A DNA stretch of 64,000 nucleotides from Octopus sinensis (lineage: Eukaryota), in assembly GCF_006345805.1 (NCBI RefSeq), contig NC_043001.1, positions 38,502,001-38,566,000 on the forward strand. The letters are read 5' to 3'. The translations under genes and the position numbers were made by a program. The notes beneath the pieces are model-generated. The model saw only the letters and a program-made list of their open reading frames with translations, was not told the DNA's origin and made no database searches. This document shows positions 43,819 to 57,216 of the stretch, one piece after another (the first letter of the stretch is position 1; every line of letters begins with the position of its first letter).

Positions 43819-44496
43819 CACATATACATATATACATATATGGTATATGTATGTACATATACTTGTATGTTTGTATGTATATATATATACATACATACAT
43901 ACATACATGTATGTATGTATGTATGCATGCATGTATGTATGTATGTATGTATGTATGTATGTATGTATGTATGTATGTATGTAGCTACTTCTTATTTACA
44001 CAGACACAAGCACAAATAAAGATACTCCCTATTTCTCTATCTCTCTTCTCGCTCTCCTCTCTCTCTCCTTCTCTCTCTCTCTCTCTCGCGCACACGCACA
44101 CGCACACGAGTTTGTTATTTAGTATCTCTTCTCTTACACTGGCAGTAATCTGTAAAAATATGAAAATGACATATGTCTGGAATCACCTTGCATTTTTGTT
44201 GCACTCTGTACTTGAAGTAATCTATTTAAATAAAACAAAAATGGAGCAATAACACACACGGAAACGAAAAGTGTCACTGAAGAGGTCACAGATGTGTGAC
44301 GAAAGATTTCCGTACAATGGACAAGCATTAAAATAATAAAATAATAGTAATAAGCAAGTGAAGAAAAAATATGTAGTACGTATGTTTATTTGGCACAAAA
44401 TAAATAAATAAATAAATTAAATGACCATCCCGAAATACAACAATTTGCTATAAATATTAGAGTTCTATATTTAAGAGATGAGAAATTATGTACACT

Positions 44497-44810
44497 ATTT
44501 ACATTATTTACATTTGACGGATATTTGTCTTCATCTTGTTTGATGTTAACCACTACACCATATGCCCGTGGGCATATGGCGTAGTGATTAAGAGCGAGGG
44601 CTACTAACCCCAAGATTCCGAGTTCGATTCCAGGCAGTCACCTTAATAATAATAATAATAATAACAACAACAACATCGAAAAATACCTTATGAATGAGAA
44701 CCCAAAACATTTGATGAAGGCTGGAGAGTACATCAGCCGAAACGTTGTGTTAACAAAAAAAAAAAAAAGAGATGAGGACAAATATCCGTCAAATGTAAAT
44801 AATGTAAATA
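44497..44810 (+). mobile_element. tRNA-head SINE carrying a hammerhead-like motif, preceded by an inverted, internally deleted copy of itself
   Basis: Head ggcgtagtgattaagagcg...gagttcgattcc (A- and B-box-like). Motif AACAT-TTGATGA-A-GGCTG..CAGCC-GAAAC-GTT^GTGTT at 44706-44751. 44497-44550 is the reverse complement of the 3' tail; hairpin at 44546-44591. Confidence 0.7.
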
Positions 44811-45150
44811 TTGCTGTAAATATTCCTCGAAATATTTTCACCTATAGTTTCAGCTATTATATTTTCATAATCATGTTTTCAAAAGTTTGTTTTATGCATA
44901 TGATAGAATCACGAAAATGTCCCTAATCAACAAAATGTTACGTTTGAAAATATATTTGAAATTGTCTGGAAACCAGTTTCCATTGTAGTTTGAAGATATT
45001 TCACCTCACTTATGCTATTGATGTCATTGGGGGAAAAACGGTTTCATCATTACACCTTATCATATGTCATCTCTTGTACATATGAGTCATGTCTAGTCAA
45101 AATATCTACAAATGATGAAAAAAAAACCCAAACTTTTTTCTCTTCCGCAG

Positions 45151-45268
45151 CCTTCATTTCACACACAATGAACAGAATCGTTTTGCTAATATTAATAATA
45201 TCCTATGTTACCGTCGCAATGACTTTGACACTCGAGCCTTTGGTTGGTCCATCGGAAAGCGAATCCGC
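45151..45268 (+). CDS. Probable exon of a host gene encoding a signal peptide: ATG at 45168, MNRIVLLILIISYVTVAMTLTLEPLVGPSESES(A)
   Basis: Strong acceptor ttttttctcttccgcag ending at 45150, donor GTAAGT at 45269 (phase 2), and a basic n-region plus hydrophobic h-region. No repeat similarity noticed. Confidence 0.65.
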
Positions 45269-45632
45269 GTAAGTTAACGATTTTTTTGTCAATTTCTGTC
45301 TTAAGTATTGATCTCATGTTTCGACTGGCAAAGAATGACACTCTAGAGAAGTTTATTTCATATATAAGAACGAAAAAAAAACAAACTTTCAAATAACCAT
45401 AGTAACGACATAGCAAAATAATATTTTTTCCTTCAATAGCGTGTGCAAATAGAAGAAGAGTATCTATTGAATAGATCAATTATCTATAATAATTAGTTCA
45501 AAAACTATCGAAACAGACATTTGAAAACTCAAGATTAGTGTGCTACAATGCTTTCTCTTCAGTTTATGACCTTTTGACTTTTGAAAATATTCGTTGTTTC
45601 CAACAGTTTGTAAAATTACATTTTATAATTAG

Positions 45633-45702
45633 AAAACGAAATTATAAAATGGCCCATTATCTGGCGTTAGAAAGAAGTTATGCAGAATCTTGTGGTGTAC
45701 CA
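45633..45702 (+). CDS. Candidate next exon: (A)KRNYKMAHYLALERSYAESCGVP
   Basis: Acceptor ttttataattag at 45632 is phase-compatible with the previous exon; donor GTAAGA at 45703. The alternatives are a donor at 45771 (GTAACA) or read-through to the stop at 45772-45774. Confidence 0.4.
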
Positions 45703-47602
45703 GTAAGATTGGTATCGAAGGCAAAAATACATTACACTGTCAGAGGTTTCTTCCAAAGCTTCAGTATGCGGTAACAATATTAACGGACGAATGTTTCACG
45801 CATGAAATACTTTCAAGTAATTTGACATAATAAAACAGAGATACTCTTCATAACGACCAGAAATATTTTCATTTTACGTTTTTAATATTAAGTTTTGGTT
45901 TAAGGAGATATATCACTCATGCAAGAGCTAGATCAGTCACTATACTTACACTTCACTTATTTTGATTTCACGCTTATTGCAAACTATTACAGTGAAGAAG
46001 AATCTCAGCGTTTTATGATACACCTGAAAAAGTGAATCGCATTTTAAAGATATACTCGAGTCAAAATTCTCTGAGTGTACTTGTCATCTTTAAATCTTAG
46101 TAAATAGTTGCTCTTTGTGAATAATAGTCATTCGGAAGACACTTGAATGACTACAATGCCAGTGTTCAGCTAAAGATATCTATAACAAAGAAAGAACTGA
46201 AATGAAATTCAGGAATTTTACAAAAATTGTTAGAAATAATTTTTAGCATTTAAACTAATACTGTAAGGGAGAAGATATTACAAACGTTATGTTCTATTTT
46301 TTCTAACAAAACTCAACTAATAAATATGGATTTTGCACTTTTTCATTTCAACTTCAGTTCTAACTAATAAATCAGACAAGCCTCACATTGGCACAAATCC
46401 GCTGACATGTAGAAGGGGTGGCTATAGTCAGCTGAATTTACAATAGCTGAGTCCAACTTAGTTCACCAATCTCAGAGTAGGGAATAGACAGCCCATTGAA
46501 TTCAGGATGCTGAGGGCAGGACTAAATAATTCGCCAAGCACTCAACCATTTCTGTGACTCCATTTATTTCTAATAAATACTATAAATGATGGATCTCCGG
46601 CTTTCAACGTTGAGGATTCAGTTGTTCGACCTGAAAATTTGTCTTCTGAATTATCGTGCTCGTAGCTGAGAATTCCTCAAACACATGTACCTTTAACGTA
46701 ATTGTCAGGTAGAATCAGCGTCATAAACCTGCACCTTTTGAATTATAGGTACAATCCACCCGACGGGATTGTACATCGTCCCTATCTGCCGAATTCCCCT
46801 CCTAAGGTTTGGGTTGATCCAACAACTGACCACCATGCCATGCGGTGGGATCGAACCCAGGACCTCATGGCGGCCAAGTGAACTTTTTAATCAATCAACT
46901 ATACTTTGCTTAGTGCTAGCAATACTGTAGATATAAATAACCATAAAAAAGAACAAGTAGGGTTATCTTCATTGTGCACCTCCTTCAAATGTGATACATA
47001 AATGGAAAAAATAACAAATGAGAGTAAAATAAATTTTTCTGTATCTATTTAAATAGTGTTTGCAGATGTTTTACATTATTGTTACACCCGTCAATATTAC
47101 CTAATTTATATTTACGTATTTCTACAGCATTTCGTGTTGTTGAGTTCAATTAAAGCAAACACACTATAATAATGAACAAACGTGAAACATAAAATGTAGA
47201 TAAACATGATTCGGTAAAAGACTGATGAAACTTTTGGTGGTGGTGGTCTTCAATCATTTGAACCATAATAATTCTATGATCAAAATGCTTGAACTTCGCT
47301 AGTTCCGCTGATTACAACTAGGGTTGTAACCAGTGAGAATAATGTAAAATTTAATGAGTTTATTGTTTTTATTTTAAAAAGATTTCGAACTGTCTCTGTA
47401 TCAGAAAAAAAAACCTCAGTGAAACACTACAGTTAATTCTTTCCAAGAAAATCTTATATCCTGTAACTTATCTCATTTATAATCATCGGGAGTTATTCCC
47501 GGTCCCTTACGCACCGATAGCCAAAACATCTTCCACACAAAACTCAAGCACACATACAAACATGCACACTCAGTGTGTGTGTAAGTGAGTCTATGCAAAT
47601 AT

Positions 47603-47719
<117 letters not shown>

Positions 47720-47892
47720 ACATAAGGGGGATCAGCCATCTGAATGTGGCTAGGGACATGGCGGGGTGGTGGGGGTGTTACTGATGCATTTAGCCCCAGG
47801 CGATCATCAACGTCACCAGAAGGGCTGACACCATCTCGGTGTCCTTGCCAGCCTACAAAGGGAGATCAGCCTCCCCGAAGATACGGCTACTA

Positions 47893-47935
47893 CATACGGA
47901 CCGGTTTCGAGGTATTTGCCTCTTATCAACGCATG
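47893..47935 (-). ncRNA. Mirror copy of the U3:A8 hammerhead
   Basis: Exact reverse complement of 48157-48199. Confidence 0.75.
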
Positions 47936-48156
47936 GTAAGCACCGTTCTTCGTTGAGGGACTTCCTCTACAGGCTGGATATATATGGATTTTCACAGTAA
48001 CCACAGTCACTGATGTAGAAAAACCGTTCGACAACAATGCTCAGAGATTTATTATTGTTGTCGAACGGTTTTTCTACATCAGTGACTGTGGTTACTGTGA
48101 AAATCCATATATATCCAGCCTGTAGAGGAAGTCCCTCAACGAAGAACGGTGCTTAC

Positions 48157-48199
48157 CATGCGTTGATAAGAGGCAAATACCTCGAAACCGGTCCGTATG
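48157..48199 (+). ncRNA. Minimal type I hammerhead ribozyme with compensatory U3:A8 core
   Basis: CATGCG-TTGATAA-GAGG(caaata)CCTC-GAAAC(cg)GTC^CGTATG: 6-bp stem I, 4-bp stem II, palindromic ACCGGT in the stem III region, GUC triplet; predicted cleavage after 48193. Confidence 0.75.
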
Positions 48200-48499
48200 T
48201 AGTAGCCGTATCTTCGGGGAGGCTGATCTCCCTTTGTAGGCTGGCAAGGACACCGAGATGGTGTCAGCCCTTCTGGTGACGTTGATGATCGCCTGGGGCT
48301 AAATGCATCAGTAACGCCCCCACCACCCCGCCATGTCCCTAGCCACATTCAGATGGCTGATCCCCCTTATGTTATAGAGCAGTTACTGTTTATATCTCGC
48401 TCAGAGATTTATTATTATTATATATATATATATATATATATATTATACACACACATACATACAGGCATACACACACACACACATATATATTATATGAAA

Positions 48500-49265
48500 A
48501 TATAGCGGCGCACGTACACTTTGGTCTCTTATATGTAAGTATATATATATATCTAAATTTTGTACGACTCTATTATTCTTTCTATTCTTTCATTCTTTCC
48601 TTCTTTCTATCAGCGCCTTCACACTTATTTCGTTCATTTGCCCCCCTCTCTCATTTCCTGGCCTTTTCTTCATGTTCACCTTCCTTCCTCTTTTACTTCA
48701 CTCTGTCCCTTTCATTTTTTCTTGCCCCTCGTTAATTCTTCTATCTCTCTGCTTCTACCTCTCTCTCTTCTCTCTCCACGTGACCGGTGTTCGGCCAAGC
48801 CTGACCTTTCTTTCTTGGTTCGACTACCATCAATGCAACATCTATATTCCTCCCTGTGCCTGTCAAATCTTATGTCCCTGCCGTAAGGCTTTACTTCCAC
48901 ATACGCCAGCTTAATTTAATTCGTCCTTAGCCGAAAGACATCCGTTGTTAATGTCCTGTTATTTCTATTTGTGTATCATTTCTCCGTTTTTTTTCCTCGT
49001 CCTTGTTTTCGTATAATTCGCTGCTTTCTTCCAAGGAATCTAGTGCTCTTAGCTTAGCTTTTCCTTGGGTATGGCCAGATCGGAGCAATCTAGAGTATAA
49101 CCAGCCGAAATTGCAAAGATAATCTGGAACTCGACTGAGGAAAGAAACCCCCGAATGACCCGTCCTTGTTTTCTTTGTATCGTCTGTCTGGATGTTTTGG
49201 TGTCCCTTTTTTGTATCACCTAACTGTCCGGATATTTTGCGTTCTTGTCCCATTTTTGTATTTTT
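48500..49265 (+). mobile_element. Pyrimidine-rich interspersed repeat, same family as 12760-13400
   Basis: Shared blocks atatagcggcg(t/c)acgtacac, cacgccagct(c/t)aattt.attcgt..tagg/cc.aaagaca and gactgaggaaagaa. Confidence 0.6.
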
Positions 49266-49899
49266 TAAATATATATATATACTAGCTGACTTATAAGTGG
49301 GGCTTATCCCTTGGGTCTGTTCTCATAATTGTTTCGCTAATCCAATAACGGCAATACAACGTTTTTGTGTCTTTACAGAGAATACCAAACTGTCTTACAC
49401 AGGGTCTTGTTTTTAGGAATTTCCAATAAGTTATGAATACCCAAACTGTGAAGTCCGTTATGTAATGACATAAAATTAATTACCCGATTGTAAGAATTTA
49501 AATAAAATAGTCCTGAAAAGGGCTTTAATGTGTTCCCAGAATAGATAGAACTTAGGAGGAAATACTATTAAGGTATGTATACTAAAATCGTGAAGCATGT
49601 TACGTAATAACAGGCTAATCAGATATGCGATAATAACAATTCAAAATAAATAACTCTGAAAAGAGCTTTTTGTGCGTTCTAGAGAATATTATCCTCAGCG
49701 GCGCTAGCACATAATTAACACACATATGTACGCATGCATAAACAGATATACATACAAACATACATCACAACACGTTTATAGATGTACGCATCTGAATAAA
49801 AATTAGACAAACATAGACATAACATCAGCTTTGACAGATATTCGAGAATAGAAAAATAGACAGACATGTGTAAAAGACAATCTCAACTATATATATATA

Positions 49900-50031
49900 T
49901 ATATTAAATTAGAGATAAAACCACTATTAGGCAAATCAAACAGTGAAAATCATAAACCAATACATTTAAATTAAAGTTAAAATTTTAAAAATTATTTAAA
50001 TTAATAATTTATACTTATAAATTTTTAAATA

Positions 50032-50104
<73 letters not shown>

Positions 50105-50749
50105 TTATTTATATATTTATTAATTCTATTTATTTATTTATTTATTTATTTTATTTAAATATAACTATCAAAAAGTATTAAAAGTTTAATATAAGATAAA
50201 GAGTAAAACCACTACGATCGTTTCATGACCATTAACCAATTCGAATAACAATAATTTAAATTCAATTAATAATTCGAATTATGAAGATTGACTATAACCA
50301 TAATTCGAATTATTAATTGAATTTAAATTATTGTTATTCGAATTGGTTAATGGGCATGAAACGATCGTAGTGGTTTTACTCTTTATCTTATATTAAACTT
50401 TTAATACTTTTTGATAGTTATATTTAAATAAAATAAAATTAAAAAAATAAATTAAATAATATATATATATATATTTAAAAATTTATAAGTATAAATTATT
50501 AATTTAAATAATTATTTAAATAATTTTAAAAATTTTAACTTTAATTTAAATATTTTAAATTTTGAATTTTATATTTTATATATTTTTTATTAATTAATTT
50601 TATTTCTATGTATTGGTTTATGATTTTCACTGTTTGATTTGCCTAATAGTGGTTTTATCTCTAATTTAATATAATATACATATATTTATGCTATAAAATT
50701 AGATTTAATCCTAAATCTAATTTTTCCCTGTAAGTTTGGATTTACCCCC

Positions 50750-50750
<1 letters not shown>
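49900..50750. mobile_element. Palindrome (49900-50672, ~385-bp arms, 15-bp spacer) of the same family as the 43.4-kb element; hammerhead 3' half in both arms
   Basis: GAAAC-GATC-GTA^GTGG at 50358-50373, mirrored on the minus strand at ~50209-50224. TGAAGA lies at the centre (50282-50287). The tail is shared with 43690-43760. Confidence 0.8.
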
Positions 50751-50820
<70 letters not shown>

Positions 50821-51713
50821 CATATTTATATATTATTACACATTCATACATACACACGTATGCATCATCATTATTTGCTTTTAAAAAAATTCATCCATCC
50901 AGTGTTTTATGATTCTTATATGGTATATCATAAATTCAGTTTTCACATAACGAAAAGCCAGTTACACATGATCAGCTACATACGCAAAAATACGAATAGT
51001 AATAGATAATAGAAACCTCCACGCTATAATAAATATTTACATTCTTTTCCCCTACTGAAGTATTTTTCTTTTTTTTTAAATAATCTGAAGTGTTCATACG
51101 TACGTAGTACATACATACATACATACATACATACATACATACATACATACATACATACATACATACATACATACATTTCTTTAATCTTCTTGTCTAAGTC
51201 ATTGGACTAAAAAGCAAACAAATAGTGCATATGTATGTATATATGTATGAGTATGCTAGATTGTGAAAATGCAAAGGTCAGTTTGATTGTCCCATAGTTT
51301 GTTTGTTTTACCCTGGTAGTATTTTTATGGTCTTTTACGATTTCATTTAACGGTATCTGATTAACTGTGTATAACATTCTGTTTGACTCATGTACTTATT
51401 TTTATATTATATTTTATTTATTACTTTCGATTCTCCGTATAAGTTATCTGATTATGAGACGGGTTCTTCATTGCATATCAGTTGTTTGTATAGATGCGCA
51501 GCACACCGCAACTACTAAAATGGATTGTTAGACAAATAAGCGAAACGGCGAATAAACAACGGGCTACCTTTCGACAAGTCACTTGAAGAGACACATCAGC
51601 ACCTATGATGCACCACTATTGTTTGCACAGCATCTCACCAGGTAGCGGTGCGCGATGGGTCGTAGTGAATAAGAGTCTCGTAAATGAGTTTCGTTTTTTT
51701 TCTTATATAGCTT

Positions 51714-51964
51714 TGTTAAGATATACACAAATAAATTCGTGGAGACGAGAATGTGCTTATCAAAGGTTTATTCCTTTAAGTACATCAGGGCGATAGCCGC
51801 TAGTTACTTCTGTTTAAATAATTCGTATTCATTTAACATTTACTGATTATATTATTTTGCTTCACCTTCTCAACCGGAAGTCCACCTCTCTGCAGACCAG
51901 CTCCTTAGCTAGCTCGCAGCGAAGTTCCTGTCTACAGTTCATCTGTCATGAATCCTGCTCTACA
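51714..51964 (-). mobile_element. 3' LTR of a Ty3/Gypsy element
   Basis: Minus strand starts TGTAG after the purine-rich gaggtgggtacta (PPT-like), contains TATTTAAA and AATAAA, and ends ...TTAACA. Confidence 0.6.
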
Positions 51965-52730
51965 TAGTACCCCACCTCGAACTGTTGACTGTCATTGGAA
52001 CCGGGAAGGCATTTTAATTGTCCTGCCCATGTGTGTGGTTACTCGGCTTTTTGGTGACTGTTCTTTGTCGAGGGTTGGTGTGATCTGCCTGGGGCGGCCC
52101 CTGTTTAGTGGTTGGGCTACTTGAACGGAGTTTTCAGTATCGGTTTTAACCTATTGATGGAGACTATCTTGTCGTCTGTCAATTAGGAGTTGAAATGATT
52201 TATCTCTCGGACGTATGACTTCATATGGACCATCGTAGGGTGACTGGAAGGGTTTTCGTCGTGTGTCACGTCGAACGAACACAAAGTTATCCGTGTGGAG
52301 GTCGTTCGGTTCGAATGATCTGGGTGTACCGTGTGTTGACATAGGAATTGGGCACATCTGGCCTACGCTGTCTCTCAGCCCACGCTGTCTCTCAGCGAAG
52401 TACCTTTTGACATCTGGGTCTGACTTCGTATTCGGTAGGCCTGTGGATAGTAGGCTATTGTGCGGTTCATTATGATTCCAAAAAGGTCACACATGTCATT
52501 CCATAGCTTTGAGGTGAATTGTGAACCCTGATCGGACGAGATGCTGTTAGGTTTTTCATCCTGCAGGGTTTCTAGCAAAAACTACTTTTCTCACTAAATA
52601 GGGTTGGTAGGGTTTCCAGTTTAGTCATCGACAGCCAGACCATGCGACAGATTGTACCAGATTGCATGTTACCAGTAGCACTAAGAGTGATCTAAAATGT
52701 GATTACTGATCGTCTCACTTTTGGCTTGTC
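51965..52730 (-). mobile_element. Gypsy integrase remnant
   Basis: ISSDQGSQFTSKLW...FGI.MNRTIAYYPQA and RRKPFQSPYDGPYEV (GPY/F motif). Confidence 0.8.
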
Positions 52731-53032
52731 ACTAGGTGTTTATCACAGAGACTCAGTGAGTGGAAATCATGTACAAGCGTTTATCACTAAAGTCCAATGA
52801 CGCAGAGATGTCTCTTTATGGTCAACTCATTTGTCATGCCATCTTACTAAAAGCGCTATGGAGATAGATGAATGGCGACGTGTGTAAACGTAATCTGTGA
52901 GAGGGTTCCACTTCAAGTAGAAAACATTTGACATTTTGACCAGGAAACTCCTTATCCCACATGTATGTATGTATGTATGTATGTATGTATGTATGTATGT
53001 ATGTATGTATGTATGTATGTATGTATGTATGC

Positions 53033-53096
<64 letters not shown>

Positions 53097-53100
53097 ACAA

Positions 53101-53187
<87 letters not shown>

Positions 53188-53899
53188 TTCAGTTGATCGA
53201 AAAAGATAGATTGCAATAAAATATATCGAAAACAATTGCGAAGAAAATCAATTGATCGAAGTAATAGTTGCCCGCGTACACAATTAATCGGATTATAGTC
53301 AATATTACAGTAATTTTGAATTGTTTTATGAAAATCTCTTTTAATTAAAATGTAAAAACAAGCAATAGTCCGAAGTCTTAAAAAACATCGGGGCAATCTA
53401 TTTGCAGCTGCCAGAACATGAAATATCATTGCTTTCGATCAATTGTATTTCGAAGAACTAAGCTTGACGTCAAACCAAATACATACTTGGCGAAAAAACC
53501 CTGCCAATATCACTTTATGTGAGCGTGCGTGCGTGTATGTCGGTGTATATATGTGTGTGAAAATTATGTATATTGTGTGTATATTTTGTGTATCATCTTG
53601 CCAGAAGATAACTGTCTCATTATTCAATGTTCAGTTAAGCTACTCAATGTGATGCACTTATATACTTTGAGATGACTCTTAATACAAGCTAATGATTTAG
53701 GTCTAGAGCGAAATATGACAAACGAAAGTAGCATCTCCAGCTGAATGATGGGTATACATCAGTTGGGTGATATTCCTTTGCAGATGGGTGATAAACCTTT
53801 GCAGTACAGGTTTAGATTTGCTCTGTATTAGTTATATGCTGGTGATGTGGAAGGTAAGAATTGGCATCTCTAGATTGTGTCAGTGTTTGATTTCATGTG

Positions 53900-55359
53900 A
53901 TTAACTAGCTTTTAAAAGAAGAGTATATCTATGGGTATCGCACTTCATGATCGTCAAATTATTAGGCAGATGTATATGGAACCTTTTTATGTAAGGCAAG
54001 TTCCAACTTGGTTTAACAATCGTCTCTTTCTCAAACATGTTGCAACCTTTCTTAATGGAATGCCCCCAAGCCATTTCAATTTATCACCTATTGCTCCCAG
54101 TTACTCACATTTACCCCCAAGATTTTTTAGGTTGCGTTTTGCACAGCCATTGTATCTGTTTTTAGTCTTCGTTTATCGACGCTTTCCAATTTCCAGTTAG
54201 CCACAGAAAAGCTATTTCGAGAGTCGTTCGTTGCTCATTCACGTAAATTTGCCCAGTCTAGTACATTTGACTAGGGTGATCAATAGTTCAGCGGTGAGAT
54301 AATTAGCTCTCTGGAGTACCTTGTTGTCTGGTGTTACGACTTGCCTTTTGATACTGAGTATTTACCTAATACACTTCTTTTGAAATCTTTCGAACATTTT
54401 AAGCCTCAATTGTACATTGTCCATGTTTCATACAAATACAGTAGGTCCGCTAGAATGCAAGTCGTTATAGACACTGTCTTTGTTTCGAATGGTGATGCCG
54501 CGATCTGACCACACAATACTTTCTAACTTGCCGAAGAGTGCACAGCCTTTTTGGATTTCAGCGTTCAATGATCCATCTCTTCACAATATACTCTTAAGAT
54601 ATAAAGATGTGCATACAACCGTCAATGTGCCATTCATGAAGGCATGAAGGTTTAGTGTAGAAGTAACTTGACAGTGAAGTGAACATTACATATATCTTCT
54701 TCAAGCTTCCTGTACTACTAAAGGCAACACCTATTGCTGAAAATTAATTCGTTGTAAGTTGCATATTGTTTTTAGACATGAGCAACAAAATTAATATCAT
54801 CTGCATAAAGCAGTTCATGAATCAATGTTATGAATGTTTCAAATTTGCAGTTGACCATACCAGTCTTTCTAAACCGCAGATGGATATCAATGTCAAAATC
54901 TTGGAAGATATTAGAAAAGTAGTGAATAATATTGAAAAATAGAGTAGAGGCTGGAATATCTTGTTTAATTCCATTGTTTACAGCATTTTATTAGAAGGTT
55001 GTCTTTTTGAAAATGATTCGACCCTTTACGTTACGGGGTAATTCCTTAAATATTTTAAACAAAATTTGGTGGACAACCCAACTTTCCAAGAACTTTCCAC
55101 TACACCATTTTGTGAACAATATCAAAGGACTTTCATAAGCCGACAAAGACCTAATGTAGAGGTAACTGCTGCTCAATGCATTTTTCTTGATGTTATCACA
55201 CCGAAATAATCATGTCTGCAATAAATACCACTATTTGATGTAAAACTAAGATTGCTTTCTGGCTCGCACTGAGAGGCAGATAGGTTTCATTAACCGATTC
55301 AAAAACAATCTGGATAAACCTTGCTAACAGACTCCACGAGAGTGATACCACGAGGAAGA

Positions 55360-55437
<78 letters not shown>

Positions 55438-55900
55438 TTGTGTATAAACGTATTTGTGTATAAACACTTCTATCAGTCTGCTCTTATAGTGTAGATGTTC
55501 TTTCCCAGCTACCTGCTATCATATTTAGTATGTCAGTCATAGCATTTCGCCTCTCAATATGCTGCAGTTCTGTTGGGATTCCATCTAATCCTTGTGCCTT
55601 GCTAGTATTGATCGGTTTAATTCCTAGAACTACTCCATACCCTGCAGCTTACAGCCAGTTTGATGAAGTATATCGTGTTGATACTTCAGCAAGATATACT
55701 TCATCAACAATTGCCCTGTTCTGCAATGAGAGATTGAAAAAGACCCAGCAAAATGTTCCATCATATTTTCGGGTCTTTAATGAGTGTCGTGCCATCTATG
55801 GATTTTAGAGGAACTACAGAAGCTGATTATGGACTGAAGACCTATTGTAGAATACTATTCAGAATTTTCGAATTCTGCAGAGATGTCTGACCACTACCTT
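53900..55900 (-). mobile_element. Old RTE (BovB-like) LINE remnant interrupted by (CA)n at ~55362-55436
   Basis: Minus strand: SKAQGLDGIPTEL, a KAFD-like region followed by WKVLGKLGCPP, NGIKQ, LLYADD, and RLGKF...RLSK.LF (RLRWAGH-like). Confidence 0.7.
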
Positions 55901-56772
55901 TTTTAATTCTATTCTGTTGCACAGTTGTATTATGCACTTTAGAAAACTTTTCAGCAGTCAATTTTACAGTTTTAAAAGTAATATACAAGGTATCCCAGAA
56001 TTAACTATCTTTACAGTGAAATCGGACAATGTTTTTAGAAACTCACTTTTATTTATATTTATAGTGTTTAAAATGCGTTTACAAATTTTAAATTTTATAT
56101 AATTTTATAATTTTTATAATTTCTTTTCTATAATTTTATTTTCACTCTTGTTGAATCCTGCTTATTTGTCCACAACAGCTTCTTTTCAATTTAGCTGTAA
56201 TCAATTTCTATACCCCCATAACCACAATGGAACAATAGTTCAAGTAGCAGTGCAGGTGATAACTCCTTAAACGCTTCAAAATGTATTTCGCATTGCTAAT
56301 GATAGATTTGAAATTGGCGGGATACAAACGGAGCACATGTTGAAAATTTTCAATAAAGTTTTGACGTAAGATTTATAAAATCTATTTGTTTTGGCATCAT
56401 AATAAAGTAATAAACATAAAATTCTATCATTTTATATAAAATTTGCTCGATTTCATTGAAATAGTTAATTCAGAGACACCGTATATTTACAGTTTTAAAT
56501 GAATGGCATTGAAGACGAAATCGCCAAATTAAATAATTAATTTTATCGAATATTTCTCTTTTATTTCAAATTTTTTTTTTTGCTTCAATACAACCATAAA
56601 TACATCGTACAATCAAAAGATGTAACTTTGTTAGACCGTAGCAAAAGAGAGAAAACGAAGGGGGCAAGTAAGAGCACGAGAATAATTTCGATCTACTGAG
56701 CAGCATGTTCCCTCACCCAAGGACAGAATACATACCTGCAAATACACAGACACACCCACACACACTTACACA

Positions 56773-56832
<60 letters not shown>

Positions 56833-56885
56833 CACACACACAGCACACACACACACACACTAACACACACACACACACAGATATA

Positions 56886-57107
56886 CTGAGGGGGTGCTGA
56901 AAACTTCCTGAGTTTAAGGGTATCGCAAAAAACCTGGTTGATGGCGTAACCTTCCGAGTTCTTTTACAGGGTTTAGAAAAACTGAATGACCGCTGCAATA
57001 AATGTGTGAATCTCAGAGTGGGATATGTTGAATAAAACGCGTAATTAAATGACCCTCCTGTATTTTCTTTTTTTTTTACCCGAAGCCAAGAACTTTTCAG
57101 CACTCCC

Positions 57108-57110
<3 letters not shown>
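56886..57110 (+). mobile_element. Mariner-derived MITE
   Basis: TIRs ctgagggggtgctgaaaacttcctg / ccaagaacttttcagcactcccttg; internal FYRGLEKL.DRCNKCVNL..GYVE* from a mariner C-terminus. Confidence 0.7.
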
Positions 57111-57188
<78 letters not shown>

Positions 57189-57216
57189 CGTGCGTGTGTA
57201 TATATATATATATATG

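Noticed and set aside
44275-44312. CTGAAGA-G-GTCACA(gatg)TGTGAC-GAAA, a hammerhead half-core
   Set aside because: Stem II is good, but I could not form stem I or stem III around a valid NUH triplet.
47744-48348. Two pairs of identical ORFs (70-80 aa) on opposite strands
   Set aside because: A by-product of the palindrome; no recognisable protein features.
49133-49168. CTGAGGA...CCGAATGACCCGTC (related sequence at ~13373)
   Set aside because: GAAA is replaced by GAAT and the core spacing is non-canonical, so it is not supportable as a ribozyme.
53800-53860. LYAGDVEG followed by a strong donor, resembling a serine-protease CAG..GG exon
   Set aside because: Tyr in place of Cys, an in-frame stop just upstream, and no other protease motifs in the window.
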